Assembly: GCA_030390025.1 (NCBI GenBank)
Contig: CM059432.1
Location: forward strand, 98,334,001 to 98,398,000
Direction of reading: 5' to 3'
DNA length: 64,000 nt
From: Squalus acanthias
Taxonomy: Eukaryota
The position numbers and the translations under genes are program-made. The notes beneath the pieces are model-generated. The model saw only the letters and a list, made by a program, of their open reading frames with translations, was not told where the DNA came from and searched no databases. Numbering within the stretch: the first letter of the stretch is position 1; each line of letters begins with the position of its first letter. Below, piece by piece: positions 1 to 12,992 of the stretch.

Positions 1-33
1 CTACGCAAGATAAGGGCTCATGGGATTGGAGGT
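1..33 (+). mobile_element. CR1 LINE RT fragment (upstream part of the element resuming at ~3717)
   Basis: Translates LRKIRAHGIGG, the CR1 RT segment that normally precedes '..WIEDWL..RKQRV'. That sequence resumes at ~3717-3780, after the inserted minus-strand CR1. Confidence 0.7.
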
Positions 34-133
34 CATAGAAACATAGAAACATAGAAGATAGGAGCAGGAGTAGGCCATTCGGCCCCTCGAGCCTGTTCTG
101 CCATTTAATGAGATCATGACTGATCATCCAAAT

Positions 134-3112
134 TCAGTATCCCGTCCCTGCTTTCTCTCCATATCCCTTGATCCCTTTAGCCTTAAGAAATATATCTAAC
201 TCCTTCTTGAATATATTTAATGAATTGGCCTCAACTGCCTTCTGTGGTAGAGAATTCCAGAGGTTCACCACTCTCTGGGTGAAGAAATTCCTCCTCATCT
301 CAGTCCTAAATGGCTTACCCCTTATCCTTAGACTGTGACCCCTGGTTCTGGACTCCCCCGCCATCAGGAACAACCTTCCTGCATCTAGTCTGTCTAGTCC
401 TGTTAGAATATGATAATTTTCAATGAGATCCCCTCTCATTCTTCTAAACTCTAGCAAATACAAGCCCAATCGACCCAATCTCTCTTCATACGTCATTTCT
501 GCCATCCCAGGTATCAGTCTGGTGAATCTTCGCTGCACTCCCTCCATGGCAAGAACATCCTTCCTCAGATAAGGCGACCAAAACTGCACACAATACTCAA
601 GGTGTGGTCTCACCAAGGCCCTGTACAACTGCAGCAAGACATCCTTGCTCCTGTACTCAAATCCTCTCACTATGAAGGCCAACATACCATTTGCCTTCTT
701 AACCACCTGCTGCACCTGCATGCTTACCTTCAGCGACTGGTGCACAAGGACACCCAGGTCTCATTGCACTTCCCCTTCTCCCAATCTATTGCTGTTCAGA
801 TAATAATCTGCCTTTCTGTTTTTGCCACCAAAGTGGATAACCTCGCATTTATTCACATTATATTGCATCTGCCATGCATCTGCCCAATCACCCAGCCTGT
901 CCAAATCATAATGGAGTTTCTCTGCATCCTCCTCACAGCACACACGCCCACCCAGCTTTGTGTCGTCTGCAAACTTGGAGATATTACATCTAGTTCCCTC
1001 GTCTAGATCATTAATATATATTGTGAATATCTGGGGTCCTAGCACCGATCCCTGCGGTACCCCACTAGTTACTGCCTGCCACTCGGAAAAAGACCCATTT
1101 ATTCCAACTCTTTGCTTCCTGTCTGCCAACCAGTTCTCTATCCAAGTCAGTACCTTACCCCCAATCCCATGTGCTTTAACTTTGCACGCTAATCTCTTAT
1201 GCGGGACCTTATCGAAAGCCTTCTGAAAGTCAAATATACCACATCCACTGGTTCTCCCTTATCTATTCTACCAATTACATCCTCAAAAAATTCCAGTAGA
1301 TTAGTCAAGCATGATTTACCTTTTGTAAATCCATGTTGACTTTGTCCGATCCTGTCACTGTTTTCCACGTGCTCTGCTATTACATCTTTTATAATGGACT
1401 CTAGCATTTTCCCCACTACCGATGTCAGGCTTACCGGTCTATAATTCCCAGTTTTCTCTCTACCACCATTTTTTAAATAGTGGGGTTACATTAGCTACCC
1501 TCCAATCCATGGGAACTGTGCCAGAGTCTAAAGAATTTTGGAAGATGACCAGCAATGCATCTACTATTTCTAGGGCCACTTCCTTATGTACACTAGGATG
1601 TAGATTATCAGGCTCTGGGGATTTATCGGCCTTCAATCCCTTCAATTTCCCTAACACCATTTCCCTACAAATACTGATTTCATTCAGTTCCTCCCTCTCA
1701 TTAGACCCTATGTTCCCTGACATTTCTGGGAGGTTATTTGTGTCCTCCTTTGTGAAGACAGAACCAAAGTATGTATTTAATTGGTCTGCCATTTCTTTGT
1801 TCCCCATTATAAATTCCCCTGATTCTGACTGCAAGGGACCTATGCTTGACTTCACCAATCTTTTTCTCTTCACATATCTATAGAAGCTTTTACAATCAGT
1901 TTTTATGTTCCCTGCAAGCTTACTGTCATACTCTATTTTCCCCCTCTTAATTAATCCCTTTGTCCTCCTTTGCTGAATCCGAAACTGCTCCCAATCAGGT
2001 TTGCTGCTTTTTCTGGCCAATTTATATGTCCTCTCCTTGGATCTTATGCTATCCCTAATTTCCCTTGTTAGCCACGGTTGCGCTACTTTTTTTGTTTTAT
2101 TTTTATGCCAGACAGGGATGAACAAATTCTGTAGTTCATCCATGCGATCTTTAAATGTTTGCCATTGCCTATCCACCGTCAACCCTTTAAGTAACATTCC
2201 CCTATCCATCCTAGCCTACTCGCGCCTCATACCATCATAGTTTCCTTTATTTAAATTCAGGACCCTAGTCTCTGAGTCAACTACTTCACTCTCCATCTTA
2301 ATGAACAATTCTATCATATTATGATCACTCCTCCCCAAGGGGACTCGCACAATAAGATTGATAATTAATCCTTTCTCATCACATAATACCCAATCTAAGA
2401 TGGCCTGATCTCTAGTTGGTTCCTCGACATATTGGTCCAGGAAACCATCCCGTATACACTCTAGGAATTCCTCCTCCACAGTATTGTTACTAATTTGGTT
2501 AGCCCAATCTATATGTAGATTAAAGTCACCCATGTTAATTGCTGTGCCCTTATTGCACGCGTCTCTAATTTCCCGTTTAATGCCATCCCCAACCTCAGCA
2601 TTACTGTTTGGGGGTCTGTATACAACTCCCATTAATGTTTTCTGCCCCTTGGTATTGCTCAGCTCTACCCATACAGATTCCACATCATCAGAGCTAATAT
2701 CCTTCCTTACTATTGTGTTAATCTCCTCTTTAACCAGCAATGCTACCCCACCTCCTTTTCCTTTTTGCCTGTCCTTCCTGAATATTAAATACCCCTGGAT
2801 GTTGAATTCCCAGCCTTGTTCACCCTGGTGCCAAGTCTCCGTAATCCCAATTATATCATATCCATTTACATCTATTTGCACAGCTAATTCATTCACCTTA
2901 TTACGAATGCTCCTCGTATTAAGACACAAAGCCTTCAGGCTTGTTTTTTTAACACTCTTAGTCCTTTTAGAATTATTATTTACTATGGCCCTGTTTGATT
3001 TACACCCTTGATTTCTCTGCCTTCCACTTTTGCTTTTCTCCTTCCTGTCTTTTGCTTCTATCCTTGCTTCCCTTTCCTCTGTCTCCCTGCACAGGTTCCC
3101 ACCCCCTGCCAT
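134..3112 (-). pseudogene. CR1 ORF2 (APE endonuclease + reverse transcriptase), broken by stops and frameshifts
   Basis: Motifs GITETW, GDFN and SDH (endonuclease, 2216-3112); [14 protein letters not shown] and KFADDTKL (RT, 761-1416); C-terminal HLEYCVQFW and VNLWNSLP (134-745). Confidence 0.95.
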
Positions 3113-3113
3113 T

Positions 3114-3548
3114 TTAGTTTAAACCCTCCCCAACAGCACGAGCAAACACTCCCCCTAGGACATCGGTCCTGGTCCCGCCCAGGTGCAAACCGTCCAGTTT
3201 GTGCTGGTCCCACCTCCCCCAGAACCGGTTCCAATGTCTCAGGAATTTGAATCCCTCCCCCATGCACCATTCCTCTAGCCACGTATTCAACTGAAATATT
3301 CTGCTATTTCTACTCTGCCTCGCATGTGGCACTGGTAGCAATCCTGAGATTACTACCTTTGAGGTCCTATTTTTTAATTTACCTCCTAACTCCCTATATT
3401 CAACTTTTAAGACCTCATCCCGTTTTTTACCTATGTCGTTGGTACCTATATGCACCACGACAACTGGCTGTTCACCCTCCCCCTCCAGAATGCCCTGCAG
3501 CCGCTCCGAGACATCCTTGACCCTTGCACCAGGGAGGCAACATACCAT
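3114..3548 (-). pseudogene. CR1 ORF1 SGNH/GDSL esterase domain
   Basis: CLPGARVKD, VVHIGTND and DGLHL blocks typical of the esterase-type ORF1 of vertebrate CR1. Confidence 0.9.
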
Positions 3549-3716
3549 CCTGGAGTCTCATTTGCGGCCGCAGAAACGCCTATCTTTTCTCCTTCCAATA
3601 GAATCCCCTATCACTATAGCTCTCCCACTCTTTTTCCTCCCGTCCTGTGCAGCAGAACCACCCATGGTGCCAGGAAGTTGGCTGCTGCTGCCTTCCCCCG
3701 ATAAGCCATCTCCCCC

Positions 3717-4775
3717 AACAATATCAGTATAGATAGAGGATTTGTTAATGGACAGAAAACAGAGAGTAAGGGTAAACAGGTCATTGGCAAGCTATAACTA
3801 GTGGGGTGCCACAAGGATCAGTGCTTTGGTCTCAGCTATTTACAATCTATATTAATGACTTAGATGAAGGGACCGAGTGCAATGTATCCACGTTTGCTGA
3901 CGATACAAAGCTCGGTGGGAAAATAAGCTGTGAGGAGAACACAAAGAGCCTGCAACGGGATTCAGACAGGTTAAGTGAGTGGGCAATAAGATGGCAGATG
4001 GAGTATAATGTGGGGAAATGTGAGGTTATTCACTTTAGTAGGAAGAATAGAAAAACAGAATATTTTTTAAATTGTGAGAAACTATTAAATGTTGGTGTTC
4101 GGAGAGATTTAGGTGTCCTTGTACAGGAAACACAGAAAGTTAGCATGTAGGTGCAGCAAGCAATTACAAAGGCAAATGGCATGTTGATCTTTATTGCAAG
4201 GGGGTTGGAGTACAAGAGTAAGGAAGTCTTGCTACAATTGTACAGGGCTTTGGTGAGACCACACCTGGAGTACTGTGCACAGTTTTGGTCTCCTTATCTG
4301 AGGAAGGATATACTTGCCTTAGAAGCAGTGCAACAAAGGTTCACTCGATTGATTCCTGGGGTGAGAGTGTTGTCCTATGAGGAGAGATTGAGTAGATTGG
4401 GCCTATACTCTCTGGAGTTTAGAAGAATGAGAGGTGATCTCATTGAAACATATAAGGTTCTGAGGGGGATTGACAGGGTAGATGTTGAGAGATTATTTCC
4501 CCTGGCTGGAGAGTCTAGAACTAGGGGACATAGTCTCAGGATAAGGGGTCGGCAATTAAAGATGAATTTCTTCACTCAGAGGGTAGTGAATCTTTGGAAT
4601 TCTCTACCCCAAAGGGATGTGGATGCTGAATCGCTGAGTATATTCAAGGCTGAGATCGATAGATTTTTGGACTCTAGGGGAATCAAGGGATATGGGGATT
4701 GGGTGGGAAAGTGGAGTTGAGGTCGAAGATCAGTCATAATCTTATTGAATGATGGAGCAGGCTCGAGGGGGCAAA
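3717..4775 (+). mobile_element. CR1 LINE 3' half (RT and C-terminus, 3'UTR)
   Basis: ORFs 3806-4150 (PQGSVL, FADDTKL) and 4151-4720 (HLEYCAQFW), followed by CR1 3'UTR 'gatcagtcataatcttattgaatgatggagcaggctcgagggg'. Confidence 0.93.
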
Positions 4776-6915
4776 ATAGTTTTAATGGATTGCTGATATC
4801 ACATTCTGTCTTATTATTCAGCTGAGTATTCAGTATTAATTTAAAAAGAAAAATTCTCCATCATCTAGCAGACTTACATATTTTTAATCAAGCACTCAGA
4901 TCAATGTGGAAGAAATGATTTTCAGATTCTAAATAAACTACTGCAGGATTGAAAAAAAACTTTAAAGCATTTATTTTTGTAACACTCATCATGTTTTGAG
5001 AGCATCAGTTGCAAGAATCTAATGAAACTGCTGAAATACCCTATATATTCATCTCCAAGTCAATCGAGACACTCGGGGGACTTTAGTAATAATTATACAA
5101 ACTGCAAAGGTGGTGCCTCGAAAACGGTAATTCATCATCTGCTGCCAACAAACACTTTCAATGCAAAGCAGAAAAATGCTGTCAGTTTTGTATTATATTG
5201 CAAATTTTAATGCACCATAAAGTTCATGAAAGGTTAGAATGGAGTTTGTCAAAATAAAGGCCAGAAGAGAAATGAAAAGATTATGGATACATTTGTATTT
5301 TTTACTCAAACTAAAGTACCCCTGTACTAAATTGTGACAGCTGTTACCATGGCACATTCACTGAGTTTTAGCTAATACCTGCTGAAATAGACAAGGATTA
5401 AAGGTTTTCTTGTGAATGATTTTGATTTAATCTAGCTTGTGCAGGTTAATAAAGGATATACAGTGCCCATAATTTTTATGAAGTAGATTTGATGCATGAT
5501 GTGAGGGGGGATTATTATCTCAATACCGCCCCATTTTGCAATGTGAGTAATTCTGACTTGCCACAAAAAATTACAAAGAAGCTTATATAAAAAATGTGCC
5601 TGTAATACGTTGCCATAGCAGCGACCTTCTGACTGAACAAAGCAACAGCTTTTGAAAACTGACTATAATCTATTGTTCTTTCTAATGACCTTTTGTATGA
5701 TCGAAATCGAATGTAATGCATTGTTCCACAAAAAGTTATATGCAGCAGAGAAAGATTTTGAATTAATCCACAAACATTTTCAATGCCAAGCTGGCTACAT
5801 ACCTAAACTACAACATATAGGGGGCTAAATTCGATAAGGCCCGAAAACAGGCGCGGGGCTCACGATGCGCGATCTGCCGGCACCCGTTGAAAGTAATGCA
5901 GGCAGCATGCGAAATTTGTGCTGCCTGTTAATTAACATGATTGAAGCGTTGAGCCCATGCTGAACATGCTGCTGGTTGGCTCAGCACTCAGCTGGGAGCC
6001 CAATTTTGTGGGAAGTGTGATCTCTATTTAATGGTAGCCTACAGTGTGAAACACAGTCTGCACTTCTTAAAGGGGAGGTGCTTTCTGAAAGAGGAACCTC
6101 ATTGTTAGTGTAGCAAAGGAAAATGGAAGGTACCTATGGCTCAACAGGGCAGAGAAAGGACACCTTGGTTCTCCGACACAACACTGGAGGCCTTAGTGCA
6201 GGGGTTCGAAAGGAGGAAATAGGTTATCTACCCGCAGGGGGGCAGGAGGCCCTCCAGACTGACTGTAAGAAGGCAGTGGGAACAGATTGCTGAAGCAGTC
6301 TTTCCCCCAGGACCTGGATCCAAAGCAGAAAGAAGTTTAATGACCTTACATGAGTGGTCAAGGTCAGTGAATGCATCTTCAAATGCCATATCCTACCAAC
6401 TGCACCACTAGCCTCACACACTGCTCAATGCACCAAACCCCCATCACTCACCTACCAACAATCTCTATCAATCATGACTCACATCTCACAATCATAACTT
6501 CACCTCACCCTCACACACTTAGCACTGTTGCAAGCCTCACACCCACATCTCACATGACAGGTACATCACCCAAACACATTGCACCACACTCACTGACACT
6601 GTTCCCTTTCTCTTGCAGGCAAAGGTGGCGCATAACCGACGCAAGCAGCAGCTAACAGGTGGGGGGAAGGCAGGGCTGCAGAACATGACCCAGCTGGAGG
6701 AGACAGTGCTGAAAATCACTGGAGGGGCCGTCACTGCGATCATGGCATTGATGAAGACAGTATGCTCATACCTAATCTCCCTTCTCATATTCCACTTCCC
6801 CCTCATCCCACAATCTCTTCTCACTTACAAGCTGCTAATGGTGTAAACATGCACATCTAGCTTTCCTTCCTCTCCTCACCACAACCCTTCCCTTGTGCTT
6901 TTCTACCTTCAGATA

Positions 6916-7030
6916 ACATAAGAACATAAGAACATAAGAAATAGGAGCAGGAGTAGGCCAATTGGCCCCTCGAGCCTGCTCCGCCATTCAATAAGATCAT
7001 GGCTGATCTGATCCTAACCGCCAATCTACT
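6916..7030 (-). mobile_element. Short CR1 3' end
   Basis: (TTCTTATG)n tail plus CR1 3'UTR hairpin 'aggagcaggagtaggcc...cctcgagcctgctccgccattcaat'. Confidence 0.8.
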
Positions 7031-7073
7031 ATCACAGAACCATCTCCTGAACCTAACAGAATTGGACACACAA

Positions 7074-7518
7074 AATAGAAACATAGAAACATAGAAACAT
7101 AGAATCTAGGAGCAGGAGTAGGCCATTCAGCCCGTCGAGCCTGTTCCACCATTCAATACTATCATGGCTGATCATCCAAATCCAGTACCCTGTCCCTGCT
7201 TTAATCCCCACAGTACACATATCCCACCCTACCCCCGTAACCCCACGTATTTAATTCCCCCTAACATATCCCATCCTATCCCCATAACCCCACATATTTA
7301 ATCCCCCCCTAACACTAAGGGTCAATTTATCATAGCCAAATCAACCTAACCTGCACATTTTTGGACTGTGGGAGGAAACCGGAGCACCCGGAGGAAACCC
7401 ACGCAGACACGGGGAGAATGTACAAACTCCACACAGACAGTCACCCGAGGTCAGATTCAAACCCAGGTCCCTGGCGCTGTGAGGCACCAGTGCTAACCAC
7501 TATGCCACCGTGTTGCCC
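7074..7518 (-). mobile_element. HE1-like V-SINE (tRNA head, V-domain, CR1-derived tail)
   Basis: rc starts GGGCAACACGGTGGCATAGTGGTTAGCACT (A box) and GGTTTGAATC (B box); V-domain 'gtggagtttgtacattctccccgtgtctgcgtgggtttcctccgggtgctccggtttcctcccacagtccaaa'; ends in CR1-type UTR and (TTTCTATG)n. Confidence 0.88.
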
Positions 7519-10500
7519 ATAGGAGCAGGATCAGGCTACATGGCCCCTAGGCCCGCTACGCTACCCACAGAGCCATGACCGATCCGAACCTAGACTCATG
7601 TCCAAATTCCTGCCCGCTCCCCGTAACCCTTAATTCCCTTTACTTCTAGGAAACTGTCTATTTCTGTTTTAAATTTATGTAATGATGTAGCTTCTACAGC
7701 TTTTTGGGGCAGCATATTCCATGGACCTACCACCCTCTGAGTGAAGTAGTTCCTTCTCATCTCAGTTTTGAAAGAGCAGCCCCTTATTCTAAGACTATGC
7801 CCCCTAGTTCTAGTTTCACCCATCATCGGGAACATCCTCCCCGCATCCACCCGATCCAACCCCTTCACAATCTTATATGTTTCAATAAGATCGCCTCTCA
7901 TTCTTCTGAACTCCAATGAGTAGAGTCACAATCTACCCAACCTCTCCTCATATGTCCATCCCCTCATCCCCGGGATTAACCGAGTGAACCTTCTTTGTAC
8001 TGACTTGAGAGCAAGTATGTCTTTTCTTAAGTATGGACACCAAAACTGTATGCAGTATTCCAGGTGCGGTCTCACCAATACCTTGTACAACTGAAGCAAT
8101 ACCTCCCTATTTTTATATTCTATCCCCCTAGCAATGAAAGCCAACATTCCATTGGCCTTCTTAATCACTTGCTGCACCTGCATACTAACCTTTTGAGTTT
8201 TGTGCACCCCCAGATCCCTTTGTACTTCAGTACTTTCCAGTTTCTTGCCATTAAGATAATAACTTGCGCTACTATTTTTCCTGCCAAAGTGCATAACCTC
8301 ACACTTTCCAGTATTGTATTCCATCTGCCAAATCTCTGCCCACTTACTTAGCCTGTCTATGTCCCCTTGCAGATTTTTTATGTCCTCCTCACTCACTACT
8401 TTCCCTCCCATCTTAGTATCATCTGCAAACTTTGATATGTTACACTCGGTCCCCTCCTCCAAATCATTAATATAGATTGTAAAGAGTTGGGGACCCAGCA
8501 CTGACCCCTGCGGAACACCACTAGTTACTGATTGCCAGTCTGAGAATGAACCATTTATCCCAACTCTCTGCCTTCTGTTAGATAGCCAATCCTCTATCCA
8601 TGCCAGAATATTACCCCCAATCCCGTGATTTTTTATCTTAAGCAATAATCTTTTGTGTGGCACCTTGTCAAATGCCTTTTGGAAGTCTAAATACACCACA
8701 TCCACTGGTTCCCCTTTATCCACCCTGTATGTTACTTCCTCAAAGAACTCCAGCAAATTTGTCAAACATGACTTCCCCTTCATAAAACCATGCTGACATT
8801 GTCCTATTAAATTATGATTATCCAAATGTCCCGTTACTGTCTCCTTAATAATGGACTCCAAAATTTTACCTACCACAGATGTTAGGCTAACCGGTCTATA
8901 GTTTCCAGCCTTCTGTCTACTGCCCTTTTTAAATAAGGGTGTTACATTAGCAGTTTTCCAGTCTGCCAGGATCTTTGCTGAGTCCAGGGAGTTTTGAAAA
9001 TTATTACCAATGCATCCACAATCCCTACCGCCACTTCCCTCAAGACCCTAGGATGTAAGCCATCAGGTCCAGGTGATTTATCCGCCTTGAGTCCCATTAT
9101 TTTACTGAGTACCACTTCCTGAGTGATTTTGATCGTGTTTAGCTCCTCCGCCCCTATAGCCCCCTGTTTGTCCAGTGTTGGGATATTCTTAGTGTCCTCT
9201 ACTGTAAAGACTGATACAAAATATTCATTCAGTGTATTTGTCATCTCCATATTTCCCACCATTAATTTCCCGGTCTCATCCTCTAAGGGACCAACATTTA
9301 CTTTAGCCACCCTTTTTCTTTTTATATAGCTATAACAACTCTTACTATCTGTTTTTATATTTTTTGCTAATTTACTTTCATAATCTATCTTCCCTTTCTT
9401 AATCACTCTTTTTGTTATTTTCTGCTGTCTTTTAAAGTTTTCCCAATCCTCTATCCTCCCACTAGATTTGGCTACCTTAATGGTCCTTGTTTTTAGTTGA
9501 ATACTGTCCTTAATTTCTTTACTTAGCCACGGATGACTGTCTTTTCTTTTACACTCTTTTCTTCTCAGTGGAATATATTTTTTGGAAGTTGTAAAATAAC
9601 TCCTTAAATGTACACCACTGATCATGTATCGTCTTACCCTTTAATCTATTTTCCCAATCCACTCTACTCAATTCTGCTCGCATACCTTCATAGTCTCCTT
9701 TATTCAAGCTTAGCACGCTTGTTTGAGATCCAACCTTCTCACCCTCTAATTGAATATGGAATTCAACCATGTTATGGTCCCTCATTCCAAGGGGATCCTT
9801 TACTAGGACATTTTTAATTAATCCTGTCTCGTTACACAGGACCAGATCTAAGTTTGCTTGCCCCCTGGTCGGTTCAGTTACATACTGCTCAAGAAACCCA
9901 TCCCTAATACACTCAATGAACTCATCCTCAAGGCAGCCCTGCCCAATTTGATTTGTCCAATTAATATGATAGTTAAAATCCCCCATAATTATAGATGTTG
10001 CCTTATTACAAGCCTCAACTATTTCCTGATTGATACTCCGTCCAACAGAGTTGCAACTGTTCGGAAGCCTATAGACTACGCCCACTAATGTTTTTTTCCC
10101 CTTATTATTCCTTATCTCCACCCAAACTGTTTCATTATCCTGATCTTTTGACCCAATATCATTTCTCTGTATTACAGTGATTCCTTCCTTTATTAACATA
10201 GCCCCTCCGCCCCCCCACCTCCCCTTCCTTCCTGCCTATCCTTCCTGATCGTTAAATAACCTGGTATGTTTAATTCCCAGGCATTGTCACCCTGCAGCCA
10301 TGTTTCTGTAATGGCCACAAGATCATACCCATATGTAGTTATTTGTGCCATTAACTCATCTATTTTGTTACAAATGCTACGTGCATTCAGATAGAGAACT
10401 TTCAAATATGTTTTGTGACACTTAGTTCCTGCTTTTGCCCTTTTTATTACTTTACCTTTTACGCCATACCTTCTGCCCCTTCCTGACACACTCTGGTTTT

Positions 10501-11140
10501 TAATTTCCCCACTGCTAACTAAGTCTATGACCTTCTCTGTTGTCATTTTTATTATTTGCTCTCTAGGAACCTCCCCCCCACTAGTTAGTTTGAAGCCCTC
10601 TCTGCAGCCCTAGTTATATGATCCTGCCAGGACTCTAGTCCCAGCACTGGCCAAGTGAAGCCCGTCCCAACGGAACAGCTCCCTCCTGCCCCAGTACTGG
10701 TGCCAGTGTCCCAGGAAGCAAAACCCATTTCTCCCACACCAGTCTTTGAGCCACTCATTTAACTCTCTAATTTTATTTGTCCTAGCCAAATTCGCTCGTG
10801 GCTCAGGTAATAATCCAAAGATTATTACCCTTGAGGTTCTGTTTTTTAATTTGACCTCTAGCTGCTCATACTCCTTTAACAGAACCGGCTTCCTTGTCCT
10901 ATCTACGTCGTTTGTACCAACATGGACCACGACAACTGGATCCACCCCCTCCCACTGCAAGTTTCTTTCCAGCCCAGAGGAGATGTCCTTAACCCTGGCA
11001 CCGGGCAGGCAACACAGCCTACGGGACTCTCGCTCTCGGCTGCAGAGAACTCTATCTATCCTCCTAATAATACTATCCCCTACCACTACAACATTTCTAT
11101 TTACTCCCCCCTCTTGAATGGCCCCCCGTTCCATGGACTC
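7519..11140 (-). mobile_element. Near-full-length CR1 LINE, decayed
   Basis: Esterase ORF1 10610-11170 (GDSIIR, VHVGTND, DGLHL), endonuclease 9549-10546, RT 7926-8876 ([12 protein letters not shown]), C-terminus 7596-7916. Confidence 0.95.
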
Positions 11141-11785
11141 CAACCAACCAAGCCAGTGTAGGAAGAACAAGAGGAGAGTGACAGAGAAGAAGAGACGCCT
11201 TTACTCGATCTGACACTCGCAGGCACCAGCTCAGAAAATGGCACTGCATACTTTAGAGGGTAGTATAGAGGCGGGATCTGCACATGGTGAGTCACCGGGC
11301 ACAAATGGCCTGCAGCCAGGGCAGGGAGAAAGGGTAGCACAGGTGCCAGCTCCCCAAAGGTCGAGGTCGAGGTCGCACATGAGTGCTGCTGCAGTGCAGT
11401 CAGATGAAGACATTGATGGGGTGGCTTCAGAAGAAGGGCGATGGGCATGCACACAGAAATGCTTGGTGCATTGGCTGGCCTCCCAGAGAGCCTGTTGTCA
11501 CTGTCGAGGAGCACGGAGGAGCCCGGCACCAAACTTCCACAGGGCTTTGCACAAAGCTTGGAGCCCATGATTTTCAGGATAGAAGTGATGGGCAACTCAA
11601 TTACAGCACTTGTGTACCCAAACATGATGCAGGGTCTGATGGGCAATGTCTCAACTTCCATTGTAGCACAAGCTCAGACTTCTGTCATGCAGGCTCAGCT
11701 TGCTGCAATGCAAGCTCAGACTGCTGCCATCATGATTGCAATTATCAGTGTGGAAAGGGGCTTGCAGGGTCTCACAGCAGTCTAG

Positions 11786-12992
11786 CAGTTGCTTTAGCAC
11801 CCCGATGGTCTGCTCGATGACGTTCCTCGTGGCAGCATGACTCTCATTATGTGAGTGCTGGGCAGGAGTGGTGGGGTGGTGGAGGGGAGTCATCAGCCAA
11901 GTGGAGAGCGGATAGCCCTTGTCTCCGAGCAGCCACCATTGGGTTCAACGGGGTGGCTGGAAGATAGCTGGCACACCAGACTGGCGCAGGATGAAGGCAT
12001 CATGACTGCTGCCAGGATACTAGGCATTCACCATCATGATGTGCTGGGCATGGTTGCACAGCAACTGCACATTAGGTGAGTGGTAGTCTTTGTAGTTGCG
12101 GTACATCTCAGGATTGGTATGTGACACCCACAAAGCCACATGTGTGCAGTCGATGGCCCCGTGCACCATGGGGAAGCCTGATGTCCTGGCAAAGCCACAT
12201 GCACGCTCCTGAAGTCCCCTCTGCTAGAGTACAGAGCCTCTGTGACCTCCCAGATGCAGCAATAGATGCCGAACTGCGAGATGTTTGCTATGTCGCCTGT
12301 TCCAGTTGGAAGGATCCACTGGCAAAACAATTCAGGGCCACAGTCACCTTGAAGGCCACTGGCAGCGCCATCATCACCTTGCTCTAGTGCTGCAGGTCTG
12401 GTTCCAAGAGGTGGCAGGAGTTCTGTGACATAGTCTCAGGGGGCATAGCCTCAGGATAAGGGGTCGGCCATGTAAGACTGAGATAAGGTGGAATTTCTTC
12501 ACTCAGAGGGTTGTGAATCTTTGGAATTCTTTACCCCAAATGGCTGCGAATGCTGAGTCGTTCAGTATATTCAAGGCTGTGATGGATAGATTTTTGGACT
12601 CTAGGGGAATCAAGGGATATGGAAATCAAACGGGACAGTGGAGTTGAGGTCAAAGATCAGCCATAGTATTGAATGGCAAAGCAGGCTCAAAGGACCGTAT
12701 GGCCTACTCCAAGGGCCGTATGGCCTACTCCTGCTCCTAATTCTTATGTTCTTAGGTAACCTCCTTCGTGAAGTGGACCCTCTAAATACACTGCTCCTAG
12801 CTTAAGTGCAGGTACGAGATGTGGTCCCCCTGAGCTTCTAGGTGGGTAAGGCCACCTGCTGAGAGCCCTCCTGCCCCTCCTCCTCCTCCTTCTATGAACA
12901 CCTTGTCCTTTTCTTTGCTGCCTCTGCTCCATCTCCCTGTCATGCTGCAGCGTGAGGTGAACGGTAAGCACAGCCCCCATGACTGGCATCAA
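11786..12992 (-). pseudogene. Harbinger DDE transposase remnants
   Basis: rc encodes LPVAFKVTVALN, IDCTH-like, [10 protein letters not shown] and [12 protein letters not shown] segments with many frameshifts; split by a CR1 fragment. Confidence 0.8.
12430..12755 (+). mobile_element. CR1 3' fragment
   Basis: Encodes GHSLRIRG...NFFTQRVVNLWNSLP, then 3'UTR ending 'cctactcctgctcctaattcttatgttctta'. Confidence 0.88.

Larger units (their letters stand above)
34..3716 (-). mobile_element. Near-full-length CR1 LINE, decayed, nested in an older CR1
   Basis: (TTTCTATG)n tail at 34-56 and CR1 3'UTR, followed by RT, APE endonuclease and esterase ORF1 segments in the expected order on the minus strand. 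Confidence 0.95.
6136..11785 (+). pseudogene. Harbinger Myb/SANT-like DNA-binding protein gene (3 exons, interrupted by retroposons at 6916-11140)
   Basis: MAQQGRERTPWFSDTTLEALV..., RKKFNDL, donor ~6363, acceptor ~6618, exon 2 AKVAHNRRKQQLTGGG; exon 3 resumes ~11141. Confidence 0.8.

Noticed and set aside
34..56. Short tandem arrays such as (CATAGAAA)n as CRISPR-like or regulatory repeats
   Set aside because: Standard CR1 3' octamer tails with no spacers, in a eukaryotic context.
602..3732. Numerous + strand ORFs over the first CR1, and equivalents over other LINEs
   Set aside because: Antisense shadows of CR1 ORF1/ORF2 with no independent evidence.
7440..7518. tRNA gene
   Set aside because: The A/B boxes are the head of an HE1-like SINE, followed by V-domain and LINE tail.
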